Positions 1 to 9,839 of a stretch of 64,000 nucleotides of DNA are shown here, one piece after another. The notes beneath the pieces were generated by a model that made no database searches, was not told where the DNA came from, and saw nothing but the letters and a program-made list of their open reading frames with translations. The position numbers and the translations under genes are program-made. Position 1 is the first letter of the stretch. Each line of letters begins with the position of its first letter. Origin of the DNA: Candidatus Marinacidobacterales bacterium (lineage in GTDB: Bacteria; Acidobacteriota; Vicinamibacteria; Marinacidobacterales; SMYC01); NCBI GenBank assembly GCA_965224085.1, contig CBDCYI010000011.1, forward strand, positions 1,088,001 to 1,152,000. The letters are read 5' to 3'.

Positions 1-1819
1 TTCTACTGGCAGGCGTCTCAGAGGCTGGCTCTTGCCTATAGTGACGAGCCCTTCGTGACCGCCCTCATGGTGGGCCTCGGCACGTCGGTCGTGGGGAAGA
101 GCGTGCTCGGGGTCCGGCTGTTCTTTCTCCTTCTGGGATGTGCCTTGCCCCTCGCGATTTATGCACTGGCAAACCCGCTGGTCGGGCGCGATGACGCCAT
201 CCTGGCGGCGCTGACCTCCCTGACGATGCCGTTCGGCGCAGTACTTGGTGTCTTCGCCGTTCCCGACGTTGCTTTGGCGCTTCTGACGGTTCTCGGCCTG
301 ACCGCCTTCGAGAGGGCGACACGCACGGGAAGGAACACCTGCTGGATGGCGTTTGGCGTCGTAACGGCGCTGGGCCTATCCACGCACTACCGCTTCATAC
401 TCTTCGTTGCGGCCGTCGCCGCTTATCTCTTGCTCACCTCGAAGGGACGATCTCTCTGGCGCATCTCCGGTCTCTGGTTGGCAGCCTCGACCGCTCTCTT
501 GGGCCTTCTTCCAGCGGCGCTCTTCAACTGGACTCATGACTTCGTGAGCGTGCGTTTTCATTTTGTGGAGAGACACCCCTGGCGTTTCGACCCATCGGGG
601 CTGCTTCATCCGATTGAACAGGCCGCCGTCGTAACGCCTTTTCTCTACGCGGCGTTGCTACTGACGCTCTTTCAGACGATCCGACACAGCCGAGATGATG
701 ACCGCGAGGCCATGATCGCGCTATTTTCCGGAATCCCGATCGTCGCCTTCTGGCTCATCGACCCGTGGGCGGTCCTGGAGGGGTTCACCGTACACTGGCC
801 GCTCCCTGGCTACTTGCCGCTCTTCGTCTTCTTGCCTTCGACGCTGCGGCGATTTCGCGATACGGCCCGGACGAGGCTCGGCGCGAGCCTCCCGAGCGCG
901 AGCGTTGCGTTGGGCGCCTGTGGAGTCGTGCTCCTCTTCGCTTTCCTCGGGGCCGCACTCGTTCCCGCGCGATTCAGCTCGAATGCGGTCGTTCCCGACG
1001 TTCGCCAGGCGCTCTCCGGGTGGAGTGAGCTCGGAGCGCGAACCAGGGCGCTTCTGGCGGAGTCCGACTCGACGCGAGTCCTCGTCGCGAACGACTACGT
1101 GGTGGGTGCCGAGCTCGATTTTGGAGTCGACTCCATCCGCGGTGTTTACGTCCTGGACGCATCGCGGGCGGCCCGGCATGGCCGATCGCCTCAGACCAGC
1201 CTTTGGGGGCTGGATGAGGCCGGTCTGTACTCTCACGCGGGGGGAGGATGCGTTGGTCGTCGTCGAGGAAACGGTTTATAACGTTCCCGCACAAGAAGCG
1301 ATCGTCGCACGTCTATGCGCTGCGTACGATCGGCTGGAAAGGTTGTCCCGGCTCGATCTATATGACGGAACGCGACGGTTCGTCTTTTACGCGGCGGAGG
1401 GCCAACGCCCCGAGGCGCGTTCTCGAGTGCAGCGCTCGGCGCGCGCTCGGCGTCTCCAGTCCTTCACTCCCTGCCCGGTGGCGGTCGCCAACCTCGATCA
1501 TCCGAGCGCAGATCTTGAGGTGCACGAGACCTTGAGGGTTTTCGGATGGGCTTTTGCGGACGGAGTCGGCATCGAATCCGTTGAGATCTTGATTGACGGC
1601 TACCCGGCTCGCGGCGGTAGATACGGCGTCCCGCGTCCTGGCGTTATCGAGCATTTTCCGCACTCGACGGATCCCAATCATCCAAACGTGGGCTTCGAGA
1701 GCCGCGTGGACACGGCCAGACTAGAACCGGGATGGCATGCTCTCGCCGTACAGATCACCTCCCGTGACGGGATCCGCGAGATCGTTCAGACGCGACGTTT
1801 TCGGGTGGCTCGACCTTGA
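1..1819 (+). pseudogene. Glycosyltransferase family 39 (ArnT/PMT-like) membrane protein with C-terminal Ig-like domain; 5'-truncated by the window edge, frameshifted at a G6 run
   Basis: Multi-TM ORF 55..1281 with DEP, PD and HW motifs. It continues in the 905..1819 frame (GEDALVV...VFGWAFADGVGIESVEILIDG). Removing one G from 1239-1244 joins the frames. Confidence 0.7.
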
Positions 1820-1820
1820 T

Positions 1821-1848
1821 GAGAGCCGAGAGCCGAGAGCCGAGAGCA
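1821..1848 (+). repeat. Heptamer tandem repeat (GAGAGCC)x3 + GAGAGCA between convergent genes
   Basis: Directly visible in the sequence. Confidence 0.85.
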
Positions 1849-1917
1849 GGCGCATTCACGAACATCCCTCCCGATACAACGAGCATGGCACGACCTCCAA
1901 GAGGATCGCCGCCGATT

Positions 1918-2694
1918 CTACTTCGGAACGAGCTCGATCTCGAAGAGCTTCGGCCAGAGCTTGCCCGTCACGAAGAGGCGCTCTTTTTCTTCGTCATAAG
2001 CGATGCCGTTCAAAACGTCGACATTCGCGCGCCGATCGGCAAGCGGCAGGATGCCGGTGAGGTCGATCCAAGAAAGGACCTTTCCCGTCTCCGGCGAGAT
2101 ACGCGCGATGCGGTCTTGCATCCATACGTTGGCGTAGATTTCCCCGTCGATGTACTCGAGCTCATTGAGATTGTCGATCCGCCTCCCGCCGTCGCGCACT
2201 GTCAGCTTGTTCGTTTCCTCGAGGGTCTCGGGATCCCAGAAGTAAAGATGCTCCGAGCCGTCGCTGACGATCAGGCGCTCGCCATCATGCGTCATCCCCC
2301 AGCCTTCGATGCCGTAGCGAAACTCACGAACGAGCTCCATCGACTCGCGGTCGTAGACGAAGCCGACACCCGACGTCCACGTGAGCTGATAGATCCGGTC
2401 GTGCAGCACCGCGAGACCTTCCGCGAAGAACAGCGGCAGGAGTGCTTTTCGCTCGAGAACACGGCCCGATTCGAGCTCGACCCGGCGGACGCTCGAGCGC
2501 CCACGAAGCCCGGTGCTCTCGTAAAGCACCCCGTCGCGGTATGCGAGCCCCTGCGTGAAAGCGTTGTGATCGTGCGGGTAGGTGTTGATGATTTTGTAGG
2601 AGTAAACGGGTGCACTGGTTGGGGATGGGCTTGAGGCGCCGAAACCAAGGGGTGCCATCGCGAGTATGCCGAAGAGGATCATGCGATTGAGCAT
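1918..2694 (-). CDS. Glutaminyl-peptide cyclotransferase (glutamine cyclotransferase)
   Basis: Signal peptide; YPHD..AFTQGL, FAEGL, EGWG, NELE and VLNGIAYD motifs. Confidence 0.92.
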   Translation of the reverse strand: MLNRMILFGILAMAPLGFGASSPSPTSAPVYSYKIINTYPHDHNAFTQGLAYRDGVLYESTGLRGRSSVRRVELESGRVLERKALLPLFFAEGLAVLHDRIYQLTWTSGVGFVYDRESMELVREFRYGIEGWGMTHDGERLIVSDGSEHLYFWDPETLEETNKLTVRDGGRRIDNLNELEYIDGEIYANVWMQDRIARISPETGKVLSWIDLTGILPLADRRANVDVLNGIAYDEEKERLFVTGKLWPKLFEIELVPK

Positions 2695-2860
2695 GTCTGG
2701 CTATCCCCATTTTAGCGCAGATGCCGACGTTTGCGAGGCATCGGTTTTGTCTCTTCGCTGCACCGATTCGGGATCGACGAGCTCCATCTCGTAGCATTGG
2801 GCGACAACGCGTTCTGGGCGAAGATACCATTAACCGGCGAGGTCTGGCAGAATCCCCCTC

Positions 2861-4168
2861 ATGACATTGGAGCAATTGTTTCAGGACCATGTGGCTCTGC
2901 GGCAGGAAAAGCTCGCTGACGCCCTGCAGTCGGCGGCTTTCGACGGGCTCGTGTTTTCGAGCGGCGAGCCGTTTACCTATTTCGCCGACGATCGCGAGGC
3001 GCCTTTCTACACTTCCGGACAATTCGGGCATTGGTGCCCGCTCAAAGGTCCGCATCACCTCCTCGAGCTCCGGCCGGGCACGAAGCCCAAGCTCATCCGC
3101 CACGCACCTGAGGACTATTGGTACGAGCCCATCGGCCTCGGCGAGCCTTTTTGGCTTTCCGAGTTCGACCTCGTCGAAGTCGGCGCGGTGGACGCGGTCT
3201 GGGAAACGCTCGGCCGGCCTGCGAAAGCGGCCTATATCGGGAGTGAGACCGCGCGCGCCGAAAGCGCGGGACTAACTGTCCGGCCCGAGCCGCTCGTCGC
3301 CCGGCTCGACTGGGATCGCGCTTACAAGACGGATTACGAGCTTCGTCGTCTCGACGAGGCGAGCGAGCTCGGTGCCAGAGGGCACGAGGCGGCGAAAGCC
3401 GCCTTCGAGACGGGCGCCTCGGAGCTCGAGATTCACTACGCTTTCGTCGAAGCCGTGGGCGTAGCGGAGGAAGAACTGCCTTACACGACCATCGTGGCGT
3501 TGAACGAGAAGTCCGCGTTTCTTCACTACCACGCGAAACGAGGCGCACGGGACGGCAACGTGCTGCTCATCGACGCGGGAGCTGCACGCTGCGGCTACGC
3601 CTCCGATATCACCCGGACGCATGTGCGCGCCGGGTGTGACCCGCGATTCGCGGCGATTCGCGACGGAATGGACACGCTACAAAAAGAACTTTGTGACGCC
3701 GTCAAACCAGGTCTCCCTTATGGCGATCTTCACCACGAGGCACATCTGAAGATAGCGGCACTGTTGAAAGCTTCGGAGATTCTCGACGTCGAGCCCGACG
3801 AAGCGGTCGCCCGGGGTCTCAGTCGGCCGTTCTTTCCGCACGGGCTCGGTCATCACCTTGGCCTTCAGGTGCACGACGTCGGCGGACATCTCGCGGACGC
3901 GAGCGGTCGGACGGCCCCGCCGCCCGAAGAACACCCTTACCTGCGCAACACCCGGACTATCGAGGCCCGTCATGTGTTCACCATCGAGCCTGGCCTCTAT
4001 TTCATCGAGATGTTGCTCCGTGCGTTCCGTGAGGGCGAGGCGTCGAGCCATTTCAACTGGAGCCTCATCGACGAGCTCGCGCCTTTCGGCGGTGTGCGTG
4101 TCGAAGACAACGTCGTCGTGACGGAAGATGGCCACCGGAACCTCACGCGAGCTTTTCTGGCGAGCTAG
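2861..4168 (+). CDS. pepQ: Xaa-Pro dipeptidase (prolidase)
   Basis: M24 motifs LIDAGA, YASDITRT, HGLGHHLGLQVHDVG, TIEPGLYF and GGVRVEDN. Confidence 0.92.
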   Translation: MTLEQLFQDHVALRQEKLADALQSAAFDGLVFSSGEPFTYFADDREAPFYTSGQFGHWCPLKGPHHLLELRPGTKPKLIRHAPEDYWYEPIGLGEPFWLSEFDLVEVGAVDAVWETLGRPAKAAYIGSETARAESAGLTVRPEPLVARLDWDRAYKTDYELRRLDEASELGARGHEAAKAAFETGASELEIHYAFVEAVGVAEEELPYTTIVALNEKSAFLHYHAKRGARDGNVLLIDAGAARCGYASDITRTHVRAGCDPRFAAIRDGMDTLQKELCDAVKPGLPYGDLHHEAHLKIAALLKASEILDVEPDEAVARGLSRPFFPHGLGHHLGLQVHDVGGHLADASGRTAPPPEEHPYLRNTRTIEARHVFTIEPGLYFIEMLLRAFREGEASSHFNWSLIDELAPFGGVRVEDNVVVTEDGHRNLTRAFLAS

Positions 4169-4170
4169 TC

Positions 4171-6024
4171 ATGTCCTCCGGCGGTCGCGATGATCACATC
4201 CATGCCGCGAACGAGCGCGCGTGGGATATAGCACTTCGCGAGACGGAGGAAGCGCGGAAGATTGCGAACGAAGCACTCGAGGCTTCGCGAAAGCTCGCCA
4301 ATATTAGAGGCGAGGCGTTAGCACTGCGCACGCTCGGCTATTGCGAGCTTTTGACCGCTGGGTACGAGGATGCGCTTCGGTATTCGCGAGAGGGCGCCGA
4401 GAAGCTTCACGCGCTCGGCGACAAGGTCTCCGAGGCGACCGCGCTCAACACGCTCGGCGTGACCTACGGCCTCTTGGGCGATTTCTAAAAGTAGCTCGAA
4501 TATGGCTTCGAGGCGCTTAGGCTCAATCAAGAGGCAGGGGAGCGCCGCGGCGAAGCGTGGGCTTTTGTCGAGATCGGCAACGTGCATCTCAGTGTGGGCG
4601 ACCTGGCGCAAGCCCGTGAGAATTTCGAGAAGGGACTCACGATTTTCGAGGCGCTCGACTACGGACCGGGGATCGGTCGCGCGGAGAATTTTCTCGGGAC
4701 TGTTTGCGAACGTTCGCAAAACTCGGCAGATGCCCTCATACATTACGAGAGAAGTCTCGAGATCGGCCGCGAGAGTGCGCTCGCCATCTCGATCGCGGGC
4801 AGCAGCATGTGCATTGGACGGGTGCAACACGCACTAGGGAACGTCGATGCCGCGCGCCGCTATTTTCAGGAGGCCGTCGAAAACGCAAGTTCGGTGACGG
4901 TCGGAGATTTGAAACCCGATCTGATGCTCCATTTCGGCAAGCTCGAGCTCGAGGAAGGGCATCTCGACGAGGCGCGCGCTCATTTGGGCGAAGGGCTCCG
5001 CCTCATTGAAGGATCGACACTCCCGCACAAAGCCGGTCGCTTACACGAGGCGCTCTCGAGACTCGAGGAGAGCGAGGGCCATCTCGAAGCGGCGCTTTTT
5101 CATTACAAAGAGTTTCACCGAGCGCAGGAGGGGACGTTCGACGAGGAAGGCCGCGCCCGCTTGAAGAAACTCGAGATCCGCATGGGTGTCGAGAAGGCAG
5201 ACAACGCTGCGGAAATCGAGCGGCTCTGCTATGTAGAGCTTGCGGGAATGCAAGCTCAGCTCGTGCAGTCCGAGAAGATGGCGCTACTCGGCCGTCTCGT
5301 CGCCGGGCTGTCGCACGAGATCAATACGCCCATCGGCGTCATCAACTCGAACGCAGGCCTCGCGCAAAGAGCGGTCGAGCTCATGAAGCAGGAGGGGCTC
5401 GACGTCGAAGGGAGCGACCGGCTGCGCACCGCGTTCGAGACGCTCGAAAACGCGCACGAGATGACCGCGCGAGCCGGGGACCGCATCGCGGAGCTCGTGA
5501 AGAGCCTGAAAGGCTTCGCCCGCCTCGACGAAGCTGAGCTCCAGCGTGTGGACGTCTCACAATGCGTCGAGGAATCGCTGCAGATCTTCGCGACCCAGCT
5601 TCCTGAAGCGGTCGTTTTGGAAAAAGACGTCAAGCCTCTACCGGAAATGACGTGCCGGCCGGGACAACTCAATCAAGTCTTCATGACGGTGCTCGTGAAC
5701 GCGAGGGACGCGATCCAAAAAGAAGGTCGCATCGGTGTCGCGAGCTTCAGGGAAGGGGACCACGCTGTCATCACTATCTCCGATACTGGACGCGGGATCG
5801 CGCCCGCGCAAATGGCGAGACTGTTCGACATCGATTTCGAGCGAAAGGATGCTCACATGCGGCTGCGCATGGGTCTTTCGAACGCGAAGAGTATCGTCGA
5901 GCGGCACGGCGGTGAGATCCACGTCGACAGCACGCTCGGCGAAGGCACGACGCTCCGTATTCAACTGCCGCTCGAGACCCGTATGGTGCCGCATTTCGGC
6001 GGCGGCGTCCCCTGGTCGCGCTAA
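4171..6024 (+). pseudogene. TPR-repeat sensor histidine kinase interrupted by two in-frame stops
   Basis: ORFs 4171 and 4582 share one frame: GDF*K*LEYGFEAL (TAA 4486-4488, TAG 4492-4494). H-box HEINTP and a HATPase domain are present. Confidence 0.8.
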
Positions 6025-6028
6025 GGGC

Positions 6029-6587
6029 TTACGAGCGTTCGAACAGCACTTGCCGTCCGCCACCGTCATCTCGACTTCGACGTCGAGAATCTTCTCGGGG
6101 TCGATCGACAGCAAGTCCTCCGACAACACGATTATGTCGGCGAGCATTCCAGGCGCGATCGTCCCGGTTGACGTCTTCTTCGCAAGTGAAGTGGGCGCCA
6201 TAGGCGGTGTAGCCCCGAATGGCTTCCTCCATCGTGAGCGTCTCCTCCGCTCCGTAGACTTCGCCGGACATGCCTTTGCGCGTGACCGCCGCGTAGATCC
6301 CGACCATGGGTCCGCTGGGTAAGATGTCACTTCCGAGTGCCATGAAGACGCCATGATCCATCGGCGAGCGCAGCGCGTTGTTGTGGGCGAGCCGCGCGCC
6401 TTCGAGGTTCGCGGCGCAGCGACCCTTGAGCGTGTAGGTGAAGTTCGGTTGTTGGGCGATGAATGCGGCGCGGCCGTCCGCGGACGTGGATATGGGTGTC
6501 GTTGAATCCGGGCATGAGCATCTTCCCGCCAAGGTCGACGACCCGCGTCGCATTATAGGTATTTACGAGCTCGTTGCCGCCGACAGC
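6029..6587 (-). pseudogene. Amidohydrolase-3 family remnant (3' part, internally deleted and frameshifted)
   Basis: [19 protein letters not shown] joined to the C-terminal ALGSD...YAAVTR...EEAIRGYT...[11 protein letters not shown]. Confidence 0.85.
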
Positions 6588-6588
6588 T

Positions 6589-6699
6589 CTCGTAGCCGAA
6601 GACGGCTTCGTCGGCGGCCTACTCTTCGCCGGCGGGTCCGGCGTAACGATCGCGAACCGCATCTCGCACGTCGTGTCGCTTCTGAACCTCCGGCAATAG
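6589..6699 (+). pseudogene. C-terminal piece of a trypsin-like (NAL1-type) serine protease
   Basis: Manual translation LVAEDGFVGGLLFAGGSGVTIANRISHVVSLLNLRQ*; it follows on from GDSGSV at 9227. Confidence 0.75.
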
Positions 6700-6701
6700 C
6701 G

Positions 6702-6815
6702 CTAGCGCCCCGAACCGGCATGTGCTTGATGCCGCCATGAAGTTCGAGCGCAGCCGCGGAAGAAGCTGTTCGAGGGTAACCCGCATATCTAGCCGGGCGA
6801 GCCATGCGCCAAGAG
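6702..6815 (-). pseudogene. Cytochrome P450 C-terminal remnant
   Basis: LGAWLARLDMRVTLEQLLPRL/RSNF then, after a frameshift, GGIKHMPVR. The heme-ligand Cys is lost. Confidence 0.65.
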
Positions 6816-7155
6816 GACGTGGGTGGATCGGGGCCGGGCTATCGCGGAGTGGCTCGCTGCACCAGGAATGGGATTTCGACAACGTAGCGGGCGAAGCGCC
6901 GGCAGGTCGACTTCGGCAGGTACCGAGAGCGACGCCAATGCAAACGATCCGCACCGACGAGCATTCGTACCGCGGCTTATCTTCATTAAACACAGCAGCT
7001 TACATGGAGCGATTTTGCTTCTTTTCTAGACCCTAGTACGTCCCGTAGAATCAGCCCATGCGTGTGCTGCGCGTTCTCCTCGCAACCGCCGGTGAAGTGG
7101 TCGACGGCCGGCTTCGTGGCCAGCGCGAGCACCTTGTCGCGCACGCGGAGAAGCC

Positions 7156-7728
7156 ATGAGTCATTTCTTCGCTTATCTCGCGCGCATGAAGTTCATCAAG
7201 CGCTGGGGCTTGATGCACAACACCTATGCCGAGAACGTTAAAGAGCACAGCTTGCGCGTCGCGCAAATCGCGCATGCGCTCGCGCTGATCCGCAACCGGC
7301 TCTATGGGGGTGCGGTAGATGCGAACCGCGTCACGGTCCTCGCGCTCTATCACGATGCAAGCGAAGTACTGACCGGAGACCTTCCGTCTCCCATCAAATA
7401 TTTCAACCCCGAGATCGAGAAAGCCTATAAGACGATCGAAGCTTCCGCGGCGGAGAAGCTCGTGGCGATGGTGCCGGAGGCGATCGCGGAGGACTACCGC
7501 AGCGTGTTGTTACCCGACGACAGCGACCACATCGCTATCGTCAAGGCGGCAGACAAGCTCTGCGCTTATCTCAAGTGCCTGGAAGAGACCGCGGCGGGCA
7601 ACAAAGAGTTCTCCCAAGCCGAGCACTCACTTCGCGAGACCGTCGACGGAATCGACTTGCCCGAAGTCACGTACTTCATGGAAACCTTCGTGCCGAGCTT
7701 CCGCTTGACGCTCGATGAGTTGGGTTGA
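7156..7728 (+). CDS. yfbR: 5'-deoxynucleotidase (HD domain)
   Basis: MSHFFAYLARMKFIKRWGLM, ENVKEHS, HDASEVLTGDLPSPIKY and ADKLCAYLKC. Confidence 0.92.
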   Translation: MSHFFAYLARMKFIKRWGLMHNTYAENVKEHSLRVAQIAHALALIRNRLYGGAVDANRVTVLALYHDASEVLTGDLPSPIKYFNPEIEKAYKTIEASAAEKLVAMVPEAIAEDYRSVLLPDDSDHIAIVKAADKLCAYLKCLEETAAGNKEFSQAEHSLRETVDGIDLPEVTYFMETFVPSFRLTLDELG

Positions 7729-7738
7729 GGAGAGAAGG

Positions 7739-8125
7739 ATGAGCCCGCGCGGAGAGCTCTCGCTGCGCACGCTCGCGATGCCCCGCGACACCAACCCTAA
7801 CGGTGATATTTTCGGCGGCTGGGTGCTCTCCCAGATGGATATCGCCGCCGGCATGTCCGCGAGCCAGCGCGCCCGCGGCCGTGTCGCTACGGTAGCCGTC
7901 GACGCGATGACCTTCAAGCTCCCCGTCTACGTGGGCGACATCCTATGCGTCTATACCGACATCGATCGCATCGGCACATCCTCGATGGCGATCCATGTCG
8001 AGGCGTGGGTGCTGCGCGACCGGATGGGCGAGAGGCTGAAAGTCACTGAAGGCATATTCACCTTCGTAGCCATCGACGGGCAGCGCAAGCCGCGTCCGGT
8101 CAGCAAGACAGATCAGAGCGCCTGA
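7739..8125 (+). CDS. yciA: Acyl-CoA thioesterase (hotdog fold, YciA-like)
   Basis: AMPRDTNPNGDIFGGWVLSQMD motif. Confidence 0.88.
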   Translation: MSPRGELSLRTLAMPRDTNPNGDIFGGWVLSQMDIAAGMSASQRARGRVATVAVDAMTFKLPVYVGDILCVYTDIDRIGTSSMAIHVEAWVLRDRMGERLKVTEGIFTFVAIDGQRKPRPVSKTDQSA

Positions 8126-8994
8126 TACCACTCGGCGAGCGCCTCTCCTATGGCGTGCGGGTGGTCTTCCTGGAGGTAGTGCCTTCCTTGGCCGAGGTTG
8201 ATGCTCGTCAAGTTCTTCAAGTTGATTTCGCACCATTCCACCACCGGCCGCTGGAGGATCGCGCCGGGCTCGGCGTGGAAGAGCAACTTCGGCACATCCC
8301 ACTCGACGAGCTTCTCATTGTAATTGCCGACAAGCTCCGCGATGTCCGACGGCTCACCTTCAATCGGGATCTCGTTGGGCCAGCGCCAAAGAGGCTTGCG
8401 CGATGACGGCTCCCTGTAGGGCGCGCGATAAACGTTCATCTCTTCTTCGCTGAGCTCGCGGACAATACCGCCCGGAAGAATCTTTTCGACGAAGATGTTA
8501 TTGTTGACGATCACGTCCCAACCGACGCGTTCGGTGCGGAAAGCCTGGAAGATATCCTTGAAGCTTTCGGGAAAAACGTCCCAGCTCGGGATGGGCATCA
8601 AGATCGCCTCCATAAAGGCGATGGCCTTGACGTTGTCTTGGTGGCGCGTCGCGTGGTGAAAACCGAGCGCGGAGCCCCAGTCGTGGATCACGAGCGTGAT
8701 GTTCTCGAGCTCGAGCTGCTCGATGAAGCCCTCGACATAGTTCATGTGCTCAAAAAAACGGTATTCCAGGTCGGGTTTGTCGGAGCGGCCCATGCCAATT
8801 AAATCGGGCGCGATGCAGCGCCCGCGGGCGCTCATGTGCGGGATGACGTTGCGCCAAAGGTAGGACGAGGTCGGGTTGCCGTGCAGAAAGAGAATCGGAT
8901 CGCCTTCGCCTTGCTCGACATAATGCATCTTCGAGCCCCGCACGGAGAGGAACTTGGACTCGAATGGAAAGGCGGGTGAGATCTCCTCGGGCAC
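8113..8994 (-). CDS. dhaA: Haloalkane dehalogenase
   Basis: HGNPTSSYLWRN, nucleophile motif HDWG and HYLQEDHP; AGGAGG upstream of GTG 8994. Confidence 0.9.
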   Translation of the reverse strand: MPEEISPAFPFESKFLSVRGSKMHYVEQGEGDPILFLHGNPTSSYLWRNVIPHMSARGRCIAPDLIGMGRSDKPDLEYRFFEHMNYVEGFIEQLELENITLVIHDWGSALGFHHATRHQDNVKAIAFMEAILMPIPSWDVFPESFKDIFQAFRTERVGWDVIVNNNIFVEKILPGGIVRELSEEEMNVYRAPYREPSSRKPLWRWPNEIPIEGEPSDIAELVGNYNEKLVEWDVPKLLFHAEPGAILQRPVVEWCEINLKNLTSINLGQGRHYLQEDHPHAIGEALAEWYQAL

Positions 8995-9066
8995 TACCGA
9001 GCCTCCTTCTCCTGAAGATAGTATAGCGTTCTGCGCGAGATGATGCGCCACCTCGGGAGGTCCGCA

Positions 9067-9225
9067 ATGCGGGTTCTGAAAATATTCGTCCTACTGTCCC
9101 TTACGAATTTCGCTTGCACGCAGAAAGAGCGCGCAGACCTTCTGTTTCACAACGGAAAAATCGTGACCCTGGACGAGGATTTTTCGACGCACGAAGCGAT
9201 CGCCGTCGGCGACGGTATAGTTTTG
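9067..9225 (+). pseudogene. Amidohydrolase-3 N-terminal piece (lipoprotein-like signal)
   Basis: MRVLK...FAC..ADLLFHNGKIVTLD...EAIAVGDGIVL, then an abrupt break. Confidence 0.8.
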
Positions 9226-9226
9226 G

Positions 9227-9675
9227 AACCGAGCCGGAATCGCCGCCTTGGGAGAAATCGCGGCCGCCGGTGTCGTGCTCGGTGCGCACGACGAATTGGT
9301 CGGAGAAAATCGCGAGCCCTTTTTTCTCGCCGTAGTTGACGCGGCTCGTGGCGCCCACCGTTTCGACGAGGCCTTCGGTCGTCTCCGTGGTGCGGCCGGT
9401 TTTGCGGACGCGGTCGCCGAGCTCGAAGTCACGGAATCCGCAGATATGCCCGATGGCGGGGATCTCGAGCTCGACGAGTTCCAACGAAAGCACTTCGGCG
9501 ACCGCGGCGTCGACCTTGTTGCTTTCGGCATTCGGCTCAGACGCGAAGTGAATCCGGACGAACTCGGTCAACCGCGCCACTTCGTCGCCCTCCGTGCCCC
9601 CATCTGCCGGTCCTGGCTGACGGATCGCGTCGCCCTTTTCTGCGTCGTTCGAGCTCGAGAGAATGTGGTTGTTCG
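9227..9675 (-). pseudogene. Trypsin-like (NAL1-type) serine protease, central part
   Basis: NNHIL..., QPGPADGG, VDAAVA, VRKTGRTTETTEG and FSQGGDSGS give the His/Asp/Ser triad motifs. Confidence 0.8.
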
Positions 9676-9839
9676 CCGACGCGCAGAACTTATGACGGAC
9701 CGCTTGTCGTCGGCTACGACCTGATGAAGATTACGATTGGCGAAACCATCGAGGTGCACCGTCGCCGCATCGTTAGCGACCGCTAGTCACCACTGATACA
9801 GGGGACTGCGGTGAGCTAATATGTCCGCGGAGGTAATTC

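Noticed and set aside
4486-4494. Stop-codon reassignment or alternative genetic code
   Set aside because: TAA, TAG and TGA all end intact genes normally elsewhere in the window.
7026-7050. CTAGTACGTCCC resembling the ISNCY left end
   Set aside because: The match is too short, with no partner end or transposase remnant.
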